This document shows positions 24,992 to 37,536 of a DNA stretch of 64,000 nt, piece after piece. The number at the start of each line of letters is the position of its first letter. The stretch's first letter is position 1. Position numbers and translations under genes: made by a program. The stretch comes from Mobula hypostoma (lineage: Eukaryota): contig NC_086097.1 of assembly GCF_963921235.1 (NCBI RefSeq), forward strand, positions 31,312,001-31,376,000, given 5' to 3'. Under the pieces are notes generated by a model. It searched no databases, was not told where the DNA came from, and saw only the letters and a list, made by a program, of their open reading frames with translations.

Positions 24992-25529
24992 ATTTCGTAC
25001 GGGCCTTGGCTTTTCACTGAGGTATCTTTCTCTGGTTTTTATTGCCTTCAAGCCTTATGTGCCGAAGATATTTTGGTGTACATCTATGTGTATGCTATGT
25101 TGTGTGCTGTGAGCTGCAGAGGGTAATGGAATTAAGAAACACTGGAATTTCATGTCAGAGAGGAAAAGTCCTATGAACCTTCTATCTCCATTTTATGACC
25201 TCTGCCAGTGATTACTTGAAAATGATGCACTATACCCTTTTGGTACTTAATGGCCAACTCCCTGAAAGTAAAAGGGACACACTGCCCATGTACAATTAAA
25301 TTTTGAGGTGTTTTCTACTTCAACCAATGACCACATAAGTGAATTCTACAAATATGTCACTACCTGGAAGTTACTCTCCAAGAGACTATCCTTACTTGGA
25401 AATCTGTAACATTCCGTCACTGCTGTTGTGTGAAAATTCTGGAATTCTATCATTAATGACATTGTGCGTATACCTGCATTTCAAGGGCTGCAGCAGGTCA
25501 TGAAAACACCTCATCTATACTGCTGGCAT

Positions 25530-25890
25530 AGGACAGGGTCCAGAGAAGGTTCACAATAATGATTCTGGGAATAAAAGGGTTAATGTATGAGAAGCATTTG
25601 ATGGCTCTGGACTTGTACTCACTGGAGTTAGAAGAATAGGGGGGATGGGAAATCTCACTGAAAGCTATCAAATATTGAAAGGTCTAGATAGAGTGGATGT
25701 GGAGAGCATGTTTCCTATAGTGGAGGTATCTAGGACCAGAAGGCACACCCTCAGAATAGAGGGATGTGCATTTAGCCAGAGGGCAGTGAATCTGTAAAAT
25801 GCATTTCCCCAGGTGGCTGTGGAGGCCATGTTGGAATGGTGGACCAGAATTGATGGGCCAAATGGCCTAATTCTACTCCATTGTCTTTGG
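25530..25890 (+). mobile_element. CR1 3' fragment
   Basis: Degraded GLDRVDVESMFP coding and CR1 3' UTR. Confidence 0.8.
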
Positions 25891-26413
25891 CCCTATACCT
25901 GCATCTCAAGCATTGCAGCAGTTCTTGAGGTCTAAGATGGCAGCTCGCCACCTTCTCAGGGTGATAAATACTGACTCAGCCTGTAAAGCCCACATCCTTT
26001 AAATGAATAAACAGCCCTTTAATGAAGTGATTTATCCTGGCTTCTCCTCAATCTCTCATTAACCCCTGTCAGTGCTGTCTTGTTCCATACCCTCTGATTG
26101 CGGGGAGCATGCTGTTTCCATCAGCTCTGACATACCTTGTCACAATGCTATAAGTGCTGTGGTGATGTGCAGGAGGACAAACATCGATCTTACACTGTAC
26201 ACTGAAAGGGGAGAATTATAATGCCTTTTATATTGGCTAGCCTTGCAATCCTTCAAGCAGAGAAGATTAAGTGCTGACCTTACAGAAGTGTTTAATAATT
26301 TTTATTCACTACAGGATATGCACATCATCTGGAAGGCAGCACTTGTGTCAGTCACAAATAGATTCTTCAGCTTGAATGAGGGCATTGTAAAAAAGACATT
26401 TCAGAGTAAGCCA

Positions 26414-26940
26414 CACTTAGTGGCCACTTTTTTTTTAAAAAGGTACACCTGTATTTCACATCCTTAATGCAGATATCTCATCAGCCAATTAAGTGGCAGC
26501 AACTCAATGAATAAAAGCGTGCAAACATGGTCAAGAAGTTTAATTGTTGTTCAGACTAAACATCAGAGTGAGGAAGAAATGTGAACTAAGTGCCGTTGCC
26601 CATGGAATGATTGTTGGTGCCAGATAGGGTGGCTTGAGTATTTCAGAAACTGCTGATCTCCTGGGATTTTCATGCACAACAGTCTCTAAAGTTTACAGGG
26701 AATGGTACCGAAAACAACAAAAAAGACATCCAATGAACGGTAGTTCTGTGGGCAAAATCACCTTGTTAACAGTAGTCACAGGAGAATGACCAGACAGGTT
26801 CAAGCTGACAGAAAAGTGACAGTGATTCAAATAACCATGTGTGACAACAGCAGCGTGCAGAAGAGCATCTCTGAGCACACAACACATAGAACCTTGAAGT
26901 GGATGGGCTACAGCAGCAGAAGACCATGAACATGCACTCA
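26414..26940 (+). mobile_element. Tc1-like transposon 5' half (transposase N-terminal pseudogene)
   Basis: TIR CACTTAGTGGCCACTTT; degraded GMIVGAR.GGLSISETADLLGFS.TTVSKVYREW...KSISEHTTHRTLKWMGYSSRRP (paired HTH region). Confidence 0.88.
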
Positions 26941-28049
26941 GATATTCTGAACTGATTTTTGAACAGACAATGAACAAACCCATGAACATTAACTCACTAA
27001 TTTTGCACAATATGTACACATTTCTTACTCTAATTAATAGTTTTAAATGTATTACACTGTATTTCTTCTGCAAAACAACAAATTTCACAACATATTAGAT
27101 GTAAGTGGTAAATCTGATTCTAATCATTTTTTAGGCATGCTAGTGAGTTAGAGAACAGATGGGGTTTTGTCTAGTTTCATGGCTTCATTACTGGGACCGA
27201 TTTATTGATTGATTTGAATTTAAATACCCCAGCTGCCAAATGGTAATTGTAACACTCAATCAATAGTCCAGCAACTATTACGCTATCATTTTGTTTAATA
27301 TAATTAAAAGGTTAATGGGTCCTTTGGTGGAGCAAAACCAGGAAAAAGATCATTGGTAAAGTTGGTTTATTATTGTCATATGTACCACGGTGCAGTGGGA
27401 AAAACTTGTTTTGCTTACCATCCATACAGATAAATTCATTACAATGGTGCACTGAGATAGTATCAAGGAAAATGATAACAGAGTGCAAAATAATAGTATT
27501 AAAGTTACAGAGAAAGTGAAGTGCAAGAAGATAATAAAGGTACAAGGCCATACAAAGTAGACTGTGATGTCAAGAGTTCATCTTATTGGAGAGAAGAGAA
27601 GAATGTCCTGGGCTGGTGGGGTCTTTGATTATGCTGGCAGCTTTAATGAAACAGTGAGAAATGCAAACCGACCATGGATTCTGTGATGTGCTGAGCTATG
27701 TCCACAAATCTCTCAGCATCTTGTTGTCACAGACACACCAAGCTGTGCTGCAACCAAATAGGATGCCTTTTATGGTGCATCAATTAAAATAAAGCAAAAT
27801 ACTGTGGGCACAAGTGAGTCTGCAGATGCTGGAAATCCAGAGTTAACACATACAAAATGCTGGAGGAAATCAGCAGGCCAGGCAGCATCTTGGAAAAGGA
27901 ATAAAGAGTCAACGTTTTGGGTTGATACCCTTCATCAGGACATCAGAAAATACTGTGGATGTTGGAAGTTTAAATGAAAACACAAAAATGTGTAAACCAG
28001 GGTGTAGACTTGAAACAGAGTTAATAATTGATATAATGCTTATTGATCC

Positions 28050-28500
28050 ATAGACATCAAGTCATCAGCACAGAAACAGGCCCTTTGGGCCAAAGTATCG
28101 ATGCCAGAGTTATTGTCCAACTACACTGACTCCAATGGGTCCACATCCTTCTATGCCTTGCCTACCTAAGTGCCTATTTGAGTATCTCTTAAATATAGTG
28201 CTTGCATCTGATTCCACCAATATCTCTGGCATCACATTCCAGATATCAGCCACTCCCTAAACCCCTTTAAAACTCCTTTCTTTCAATTTAATCCTTAAAT
28301 GCTATTCCATTATGTTCCACTTTACCTGGGAGAAAGACTCTGACTACCTTCCTGATTTGTGCTTCTCAAGATATTATACATTTCTATCAGATTAGTCTTC
28401 TGCCTCCATCACTCCAGGGAAAATAAGCCCTGCCTGTCTAATCACTCCCCACAATTAAGTCCTTCAATCCAGAAAATGTCCTCTGCACTCTCTCCAGTAC
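28050..28500 (-). mobile_element. Old CR1 3' fragment
   Basis: Reverse CR1 3' UTR (CACAGAAACAGGCCCTT) and degraded C-terminal coding. Confidence 0.7.
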
Positions 28501-29585
28501 AGGTGATTGTTTAGGGATGAGACTGTTATCAGTGTTGTCACAGCTCTCTCCCTCAGTCCTCTGCAGGAATGTTTAAAATTATGAGAGGCATAAAACAGTT
28601 GGATAGCAACAGTCTTTTCCCTGGGTGAGAACAGTCCTAATCTGGGGGGCATAGATTTAAGGTGGGAGGGGAAAAATCTGAAAAGGGCCTGAGAAAGATA
28701 AAGATGAGGTCTATTTGTCACATGCACACTAAACCATACAGTGAAATGCATTGTTTCTATCAACACTAACACAGTCCAAGGATGAACAGCCCACAAGCAA
28801 TACCATGCTTCTGGCACCAACAACTCATTAACCCTAACTCGTATGCATGTCTTTGGAAGTTGGGAGGAAATCCATATGCTGGAATATGGGGCAGCAATAA
28901 ATAGGGACAACCAACAATTATAGGGTAAAGCACCTTGAGATTTTGATGAAACAATCGTGATTCAAGGTTTCAACCTGAAACATCGCTGATCCCTCCCCCT
29001 CTATCACAGATGTTGCCCAACTTGCCAAGTTCCTCCAGTACCTTGTGTGATGTCGCTCTTAATCTAGGTCGTATATTACTCCCAACTCTGTGTTGTGGCC
29101 AGTTTTCAGGAACTGACAGGGAAATGTTCTGAATATGTACAAGTGAGAGAAACCTTCAACTATTAAGCCACTCTTTTTTGGGATGAACAGAGTTTTGAGG
29201 TACAGTTTCAAAGACTGGTATATTTTAAAAACAGCAAGCCATGAGAATGAACGAACTGATTTTGTACTGAACTACCCATCCCAAACCCCAAAGTCCAGAG
29301 GTAAATCTAGATGTTAGAAGACTCAGTAGGGAAAAATGATGGCTAAATGCTCAACAAAAGACCATCAGCCCATTTGAAGTCATGGCTTTCCTTAGGAGCT
29401 GAAAGGTACTTTATGAGCTCCCTATCCTTATAGACTATAAGACACAGGAGCAGAATTAAGCCATTCAGCCTATCAAGTCTGCTCCGCCATTCCATCATGG
29501 CCGATTTTTATCCCCCTTAACCCCATTCTATTGTCTTCTCCTTGTAACCTATGATGCCCGGACTAATCAGACTGCGCTTCAAATA

Positions 29586-30338
29586 ACGTGGATTCCAGTT
29601 AATCGGGACACGTCGGAACCAGTACATTTTGCCCCAAATAAGTGGCTGCCCCAATTTGCTGAAGTTTTATGGAAATAGTTAAAAAGGTAAAAAAAAAGAT
29701 AAAGCTACCATTTAACTGAAAAACAAATTCTAAACTTAAATGAAATACAGAACAAATCAGAACACTATCAATACTACTACTGTTCTATAAATCTGCCACA
29801 TTCTTTCAATTTACTTTAAATGCCAAGGCTGCATTCTTTTGATCGACTGTAATTGAACAAAATCAGCGCTGACACCTAGTGCAGATAACAGACTGCCTTC
29901 ATATAATGTAATCTTAATTTTCTTTGCAACATTCAACCTTCAAATGCTTTGTAGTCTAACTTGAAGAAGCAAAATGATTCATCTTCACCCCCAGCCATTT
30001 CTGGCATCTCCAAACCTAAATGCTTGAAACTGCAGCAAGCAAAAAAGTTCTGAATTGTCATACTGCTTGTTTCTCGCCAACTATCAGTCACAACCATCAC
30101 TGCTTTTTGAACACAGACACATACAACTGATGTTATTTAAAATCTGCTCAGTTAAGCATGGTGTAGAGTTTAACAGTGAAACAAGTACACGAGTCTGGCG
30201 CTGGTACTTAGACAAGTCTCCTGTTCCAATTAAGTGACATGGCTTCCTAATATAAACAAAGGAAACCCCAGCTATTTTCTCAATTACATAGCTCTGTGTT
30301 CCAAATAAGCAACTGCCCCAATTAACCAGAAACCACTT
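29586..30338. mobile_element. pogo/Tigger-like non-autonomous DNA transposon inside CR1
   Basis: Imperfect TIRs GTGGATTCCAGTTAATCGGGACA and TGCCCCAATTAACCAGAAACCAC at a TA site; the CR1 continues on both sides. Confidence 0.75.
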
Positions 30339-31554
30339 TATATCCAGTGGCATTGCTTCCAAAGACACAAGATCTGTGGCGCAACGCCACAGATTTGCCA
30401 CCCTCTGGCAACAGAAATTCCTCCTCTCTGCTCTAAATGAACCTCCCTCTATTCTGAGGCTGTGCCTCTGGTCCTAGGCTCTCCCACTATAGGAAACATC
30501 CTCTCAACACCCACTCTATTAAGGCCTTTCAATATTCAAGTACATCCTTGCTTTTATATTCTAGTCCTCTCGAAATGATTGCTAACATTGCATTTCTCAT
30601 CCTTACCACCAACTCAATCTGCAAATTAATTTTTTAGGAATCCAGCATGAGGACTCTGAAGTTCCTTTAGAATTCAAGTTTTTTATTTTCTCCGCTTAGA
30701 AAATAATCTACACTTTTATTCCTTTACCAAAATACATGCCCATGCACTTCCCTACACTATATTCCATTTGCCAATTCTCTGCCCATTCTCCAAATCTAAG
30801 ACCTTCTACAGACTCCCTGCTTCTTCAACACTACCTGCCTGTCCACCTATCTTTGTATCGTCCACAAACTTGGCCAAAAAGCCATTGATTCTGTCTTCCA
30901 AAATACTGACATATAACGTGAAAAGAAACTATCCAAACACAGACCACTGTGGAATACCACTAGTTACCAGCAACCAACCAGAAAAGCCTGTCTTATTCCC
31001 ACTCTTTGCCTTTGGCCAGTCAACCAATCGCCTATCCATTCTTTCCTGCAATACCGTGAACAGGAAAGCAGCCTCATGTACGGCACCTTAGCAAAGGCCT
31101 TCTGAAAATCCAAGTAAACATCTACTGATTCTCCTTTGCCTGTCCTGACTGTTATTTCCTCAGGCAATTCCATCAGATTTGTCAGGCAAGATTTCCCCTT
31201 AAGGAAATCATACTGACTTTGGCCTATTTTATCATGTTTCTCCAAGTACCCAACAACCTTGCCTTTAATAATAGACTCCAACAACTTTCCAACCACTTAA
31301 ATAACTGGCCTATAATTACATTTTTATTGCCTCACTCATTTCTTACAGATTGGAGTGACATTTGCAACTTTCCAGTTCTCTGGAACCATTCCAGAATCTA
31401 GTGATTCTTGGAAGATCATTACTGACGTCTTTACAATCTCTTCAGCTACTTCTTTTACAACCCTCAGGTATGGCTCATCTGGTCAAGATGACTTATCTAC
31501 CTCAGCTTCTCAAGCACTTCCTCTTTAATAACAGCAACTACACTCAATTCTGCC

Positions 31555-31832
31555 CTCAGCAATTCAAGAACAACTTCTTCCCCTCTGCCATCTGATTTCT
31601 AAATAGACATTGAAACCTTGGGCACTAACTCACTTTTTAAATATATTATTTCTGTTTTTAGCCCAATTTTTAATCTATTCAATATACATATACTGTAATT
31701 GATTTACTTATTTAATTATTATTTTTATTTTTTTTTCCTTCTATATTATGTATCACATTGAACTGCTGCTGCAAGTTAACAAATTTCACGACACATGCCG
31801 GTGATAATAAATCTGATTCTGATTCTGATTCT
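31555..31832 (+). mobile_element. Rex1/Babar-like 3' end with (ATTCTG)n tail inside CR1
   Basis: FKNNFFPSAI coding, AATAAA and ATTCTG repeats; similar to 44225-44560. Confidence 0.7.
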
Positions 31833-34414
31833 GCCACTCTTGAATTTCTGGCATATTGCTAGTATCTTGCACAGTGAAGACTGGCGCAAAATACTTAATC
31901 GAATTTGTCTGCCATTTATTTGTCCCGCATTACTACCTCTCCAGCATCATTTTCCAGTGGTCCAATCTCCACTCCAACCTCTCCTTTATTCTTTATATAT
32001 CTGAAATAAAAACACATCTTGTATCCTATTTTAAATTATAGGCTAGTTTACCATCATATTTCACCTTTTCTCTCCTTATGGCTTTTTTTGGTTGCCTTCT
32101 GTTGGTTTTTAAAAGCTTCCCAGTCTCTAACTACCCACTAATTTGTGCTATTTTATATACCCTCTCTTTTGTTTTTACACTGTCTTTGACCTCCCTTGTC
32201 AGCCACAGTTGACTCATCCTCCCTTTAGGATACTTTGTCCTTGGGATGCATCTCTCCTGCACCTTCCAAATTACTCCCAGAAACTCAGCCAATACTGTTC
32301 TACCATCATCCATGCTAGTGTCCCCTTCCAGTCAATGTTAGCCATCTCCCCTCTCATGTGTCTGTAATTCCATTCATTCTACTGTAATACTGATACATCT
32401 GACTAACTTCTCCTTCCCAAATTCTATTATATTACGATCACTGCCTCCCGAAGGTTCCTTCAACTCAAGATCACTAATCAAATCTGGTTTATTACACAAC
32501 ACCCAATCCAGAATTGCCTATCCCCTAGTGGGCTTAACCACAAACTGCTCTAAAAAGCCATCTCGTATCAATTCTACAAATTCCATCTCTAGCGAGCCAG
32601 CACCAAATTGATTTTCCCCAATCTAGCTGCATATTGAAATCCCCCATGACTATCATAACATTGCCCTTCTTACATGCCTTTTCTCTATCCCACTGAAGTT
32701 CGTAGCCCACATCCTGGCTACTGCTCGGAAGCCTACACATAACTCTCATCAGGGCTTTTTACCCTTGTAGTTCCTTAATTCCATCCACAACAAGCCTCTA
32801 TTTTCCGACCCATGTAATTTCTTTTTAAGGATTTGCTTTCATTTTTGACCAAAAAGGCACACCACACCCACTCTACCCACCTACTCATTCATCCTTTTGA
32901 TACAATGCGTATCCTTGAATGTTAAGCTCCCTGCTATGATCTTCTTTCAGTATGACTGGGTGATGTCCACAATGCCATACCTGTCAATCTCTAAATGCTT
33001 TACAAGATCATTGACCTTATTCCATATATTACATGCATTCAAATATAATGCCTTCAGTCCTGTATTCATCACCCTTTTTGACTTTGCCCCCCCGTTAAAC
33101 TTCAACTCATCCCACTGACTGCAATTTTGCCCTATTATCAGCCTTTCCTTCCTCACAGCCTCTGCAGCTACTTGTATACCAACTGCCCCATCCTCAGCCC
33201 TCTCACTCCAGTTCTCATCCTCCTGCCAAATTAGTTAAAACTCTGCCCAACAGCTCTAGCAAAAGCACCCACAAGGATATCGGTGGCCCTCAAGTTCTGT
33301 GTAACCTGCCCATTTTGCATGGATCATGCCTTCTTCAGAAGAAATCCTAATGATTCAAAAATCTGAAACCCTGCCCCCCTGCACAAGTTCCTCAGCCACA
33401 CATTCATCTGCCAAATCATTCTATTCTTACCCTCACTGGCACTTAGCATGGGCAGCAATCCAGGGATTACTATTCAAGAGGTCCTGCTTTTCAGTTTTCC
33501 ACCCAACTCCCTATATTCTCTCTTCAGCATCTCATCTCTTTTCCTACCAACATTGTTGGTACTAATATGTACCATGACTACCAGCTGTTCATCCCCCTTC
33601 AGAATGGTGCGGACCATATTGTACCATATTGTGCGGAAATATTGCATCATTTCTTAATGCATGCATTACTAAATGACAATGAAAGAGGATGCGTGTCTTC
33701 ATAATCTAATCTAACCTGATCCAAGACAGCTCTGACCCTGGCAACACACTATCCAGGTGTCTCTTTCACACTCACAGAATCTCCTGTCTGCTCCTCCAAC
33801 TATGGAATTCTCTATCAATACCGCACTCCTCTTTTCCTCACCTTTCCTTCTGAGGCACAGAGCCAGACTCAATGCAGGGACCTGGTCTCTGTGGCTTCCT
33901 CCTGGCAGGCTGCTCCTACCCAACAGTATCCAAAATGGATACAGGGGTACTCTACACCGCTGCCTCTTCCCTTTACCTTTCCTGATGGTCACCCAGGTAC
34001 CTGTCTCTTGCAACTAAGGAATGATTACCTCCCTGTAGATCCTATCTATCACCTCCTCATTCTCCCATAGGAGCTGAAGGTCATCCAGCTGTAGCTTGAT
34101 GCACTTTGTGCAGATGTTGTTATCAGGGAGACTGAAGGTCCCAGAATTCTCACATCTCACACAAAGAAAATACCAGTAACCCTGGATCCATTCTGAACTC
34201 AATAGCCACTTACTAATAGAAAAAGGAAAAGGAAAAAACTTACGAAAAACTTACTAACTTACTTAGCACCTCCGCCTGTTCTCGACGAAGCCTATTGAGC
34301 GAAAGCCTCACGCACTAACCCTGGCCCATTCACAATGGCCGCTCTACTTACACTTCCACTTCTTTTTATTGGCCCTTGTTAAGTTACTAATAACCCAAGC
34401 AATCTCCTGCTCTG

Positions 34415-36257
34415 CAGACAAGACCTGAAAGGTTTTTCAAAAATTAAAGGGGAAAAGTCAGTCAAAGGTAGATATAGGACCAATACAAAATGACGCTGGA
34501 AATACTGTAATGGGAGATGCAGAGATGGCAGAGGAACTGAAAGCGTATTTTGCATCAGTCTTCACAGTGGAAGACGTCTGTGGTATACCGGCCATTCAAG
34601 AGTGTCAGGGAAGTGAACTTTGTGCAGTGAAAATTAAGACTGAGAAGGTGCTCAGGAAGCTTAATGGTCTGAGGGTGGACAAATCTCCTGGACCTGATGG
34701 AATGCACCCGCAGGTTCTGAAGGAAGTAGCTGGAGAGATTGCGGAGGCATTAACAATGATCTTTCAAGAATTGATAGATTCTGGCATTGTACCAGATGAC
34801 TGGAAAATTGCAATTACTCCGCTATTTAAGAAGGGTGGGAGGCAGCAGAAAGGAAACTATAGACCTGTTAGCGTGACATCAGTGGTTGGGAAGTTGTTGG
34901 AATCGATTGTTAGGGATGAGATTACGGAGTACCTGGAAGCACATGACAAGATAGGCCAAAGCCAGCATGGTTTCCTGAAAGGAAAATCCTGCCTGACAAA
35001 CCTATTACAATTCTTTGAGGAAATTACAAGCAAGGTAGACAAAGTGATGCAGTAGACATGATGTACTTGGATTTTCAGAAGGGCTTGGCAAGGTGCTGCA
35101 CATGAGGCTGCTTAGCAAGATAAGAGCCCATGGAATTACAGGGATGTTACTAGCATGGGTGGAGCATTGGCTGATTGGCAGAAAACAGAGTGGGAATAAA
35201 GAGATCCTATTCTGACTAGCTGCCAGTTACCAGAGGAGTTCCACAGGGGTCGGTGTTGGGACCGCTGCTTTTTACGATGTATGTCAATGATTTGGATTAC
35301 GGTATTAATGGATTTGTAGCTAAGTTTCCCAATGATACAAAGATAGGTGGAGGAGTGCATAGTGTTGAGGAAACAGAGAGCCTGCAGAGAGACTTAAGAT
35401 AGTTTAGGGGAATGGGCAAAGAGGTGGCAAACAAAATACAATGTTGGAAAGTGCATGGTCATGCACTTTGGTGGAAGAAATAAACGGGCAGACTTTTATT
35501 TAGATGGGGAGAGAATTGAAAATGTAGAGATGCGAAGGGACTTGGGAGTCTTTGTGCAAGATATCCTAAAGGTTAACCTCCAGGTTGAGTCGGTTGTGAA
35601 GAAGACGAATGCAAAGTTAGAATTCATCTCTAGAGGTAGAGAATATAAAAGCAGGGATGTGATGTTGAGGTTCTATAAGGCACTCATGACACCCACTTGA
35701 AGTACTGTGTGCAGTTTTGGGCCCCTTATTTTAGAAAGGATATACTGACATTGGAGAGGGTTCAGAGAAGATTCACAAGAATGATTCCAGGAATGAAAGG
35801 GTTACCATATGAGGAACGTCTGGCAACTCTTGGGCTGTATTCCCTGGAGTTCAGGAGAATGAGGGGGGATCTCATAGAAACATTCCGAATGTTAAAAGGC
35901 CTGAACAGATTAGATATGGCAAAGTTATTTCCCATGGTAGGGGATTCTACAACAAGAGGTCACGACTTCAGGATTGAAGGGCGTCCATTTAGAACTGAGA
36001 TGCGGAGAAATTATTTTAGTCAGAGGGTGGTAAATCTGTGGAATTTGTTGTCCCGAGCGGCTGTGGAGGCCAAGCCATTAGGTGTACTTAAGGCAGAGAT
36101 AAATAGGTTCTTGATTAGTCAGGGCATCAAAGGGTATAGGGTAAAGGCAGGGGAGTGGAGATGACTGAAAGAATTGGATCAGCCCATGATTGAATGGCGG
36201 AGCAGACTCAATGGGCCGAATGGCCCACTTCTGCTCCTATATCCTATGGTCTTATGG
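34415..36257 (+). mobile_element. CR1 LINE, 5'-truncated (RT to 3' UTR)
   Basis: ORFs 34510-35055 (KSPGPDG, NYRPVS, SQHGF), 35455-35700 and 35697-36164; tail TATGGTCTTATGG. Confidence 0.95.
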
Positions 36258-37286
36258 AAAACTGGCATGTAAATGTCACAAGGATCTGTCTCCAACACCA
36301 AGTTGGAGACAGTTCTTTGTGGACAAGTAACAACTTTCAGAAGTGCAGATATTGATGCAGTTTAAGAAATAATAATGAAGCCATAAAGAAATAATAAATA
36401 CCAGCAACAGTAAATGTATGCTGGTACTTAACTGTTGATGCACATTTTATTCCACATCCATACTTTAACTCCAACTTTATTTTTTAATCCAATTCTTTAC
36501 TCCCTATAATTGCTGTTCTCTGCAGACTGCCACAGGATCTTCAGGATCTAACAGAGAAGACCATCAAGGTCTCATTCTGGTGTGTCCTCTGAAACATGCC
36601 ACACCACTGCACTCGTACTTTTAAGGTTACTCCCAAAGTTCAATTTCAGCTGAAAATAATTAATACCCTACAACGAGACTCCAAAATTAGCACAAACAAC
36701 TTTACTCACCATAACCCTGAACCTATTCTACAAACTCACTTTCAAGGACTTGTTACAACTCATGTTCTCAGTGATACTTTATATTTGGACAATTTATCTT
36801 GTTTTGCACATTGGTTGTTTGTCAGCCTTCATGTATAATTTTTCATAAATACTACTGTAATTTTTTTTCATAATTGCATGCAAGAAAATTAATCTCAAGG
36901 TATATACATACCTTGATAAGGAATTTTACTTTGAACTTTGTTCTCTGCAGTACTATGGATATGCAGATTGTTCTGAATTCAATACAAACTTATGACACGA
37001 CGAACCTCTGCATGCTAATCTCTAAAGTCAACCTGAAACTGACCAACATGGACACAGCTGCCAATGGAAGCAATATCCACAGTATTTACAGCACTTACCC
37101 CGTAACAACCTGTCATTTAACAATCCGCACAGACCTGTCAGTAAGTACCTGTAGACCTCCACAAAACACATTGAAAGCAAAGCAACTTGAATAAAACACC
37201 ACACAACCAATTTCTGCTTTCACAGAGACTCTTTAAACATGCTCTGTATCACCATTAAATTACCCTTTTCGATTGGCACCACGTGT

Positions 37287-37295
37287 AAAGGATAC
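37287..37295 (-). promoter_or_regulatory. U12-type (minor spliceosome) 5' splice site
   Basis: Minus strand reads exon|GTATCCTTT, the canonical RTATCCTTT consensus, exactly where the BRF1 protein match ends. Confidence 0.93.
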
Positions 37296-37469
37296 GAGGA
37301 GTCCCCTCCGTCCGACAGACCAGATAGAGGCAGGCAGCGACCACATGGCTCATTTTTCGGCCCCGAGTGAGACGCTTGTTGACGGCCATTTTGAAGAAGT
37401 TAAAAGCAGTGTCCAGGCAATGTTGGTTTAACTGGAGCTGGTTGCCCAGGTGATGAATCTGTCGCCGAC
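37296..37469 (-). CDS. BRF1: Internal coding exon of BRF1 (TFIIIB 90-kDa subunit, TFIIB-related factor 1), first cyclin-fold repeat; matches my recollection of human exon 3
   Basis: Manual translation: (G)[57 protein letters not shown](H), nearly identical to vertebrate BRF1 as I recall it. 174 nt, phase 1-1. Acceptor tcattttcttttccaatccAG at 37470-37490; donor GTATCCTTT at 37295-37287. Confidence 0.97.
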
Positions 37470-37536
37470 CTGGATTGGAAAAGAAAATGAGAATAGGACT
37501 TAGGATGCATGCTAATCACATTTCATACATACATCA

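Larger units (their letters stand above)
29430..34400 (-). mobile_element. Near full-length degraded CR1 (ORF1 zinc finger and esterase-like region; ORF2 endonuclease and RT) with nested inserts
   Basis: ORF1 pieces CVRC..NICTKCIKLQL and NSIVGGADRRFC; endonuclease LKALYLNA, IVMGDFN; RT KGKSCLTNL, YLDFQKAF; 3' UTR at 29430. Confidence 0.9.
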
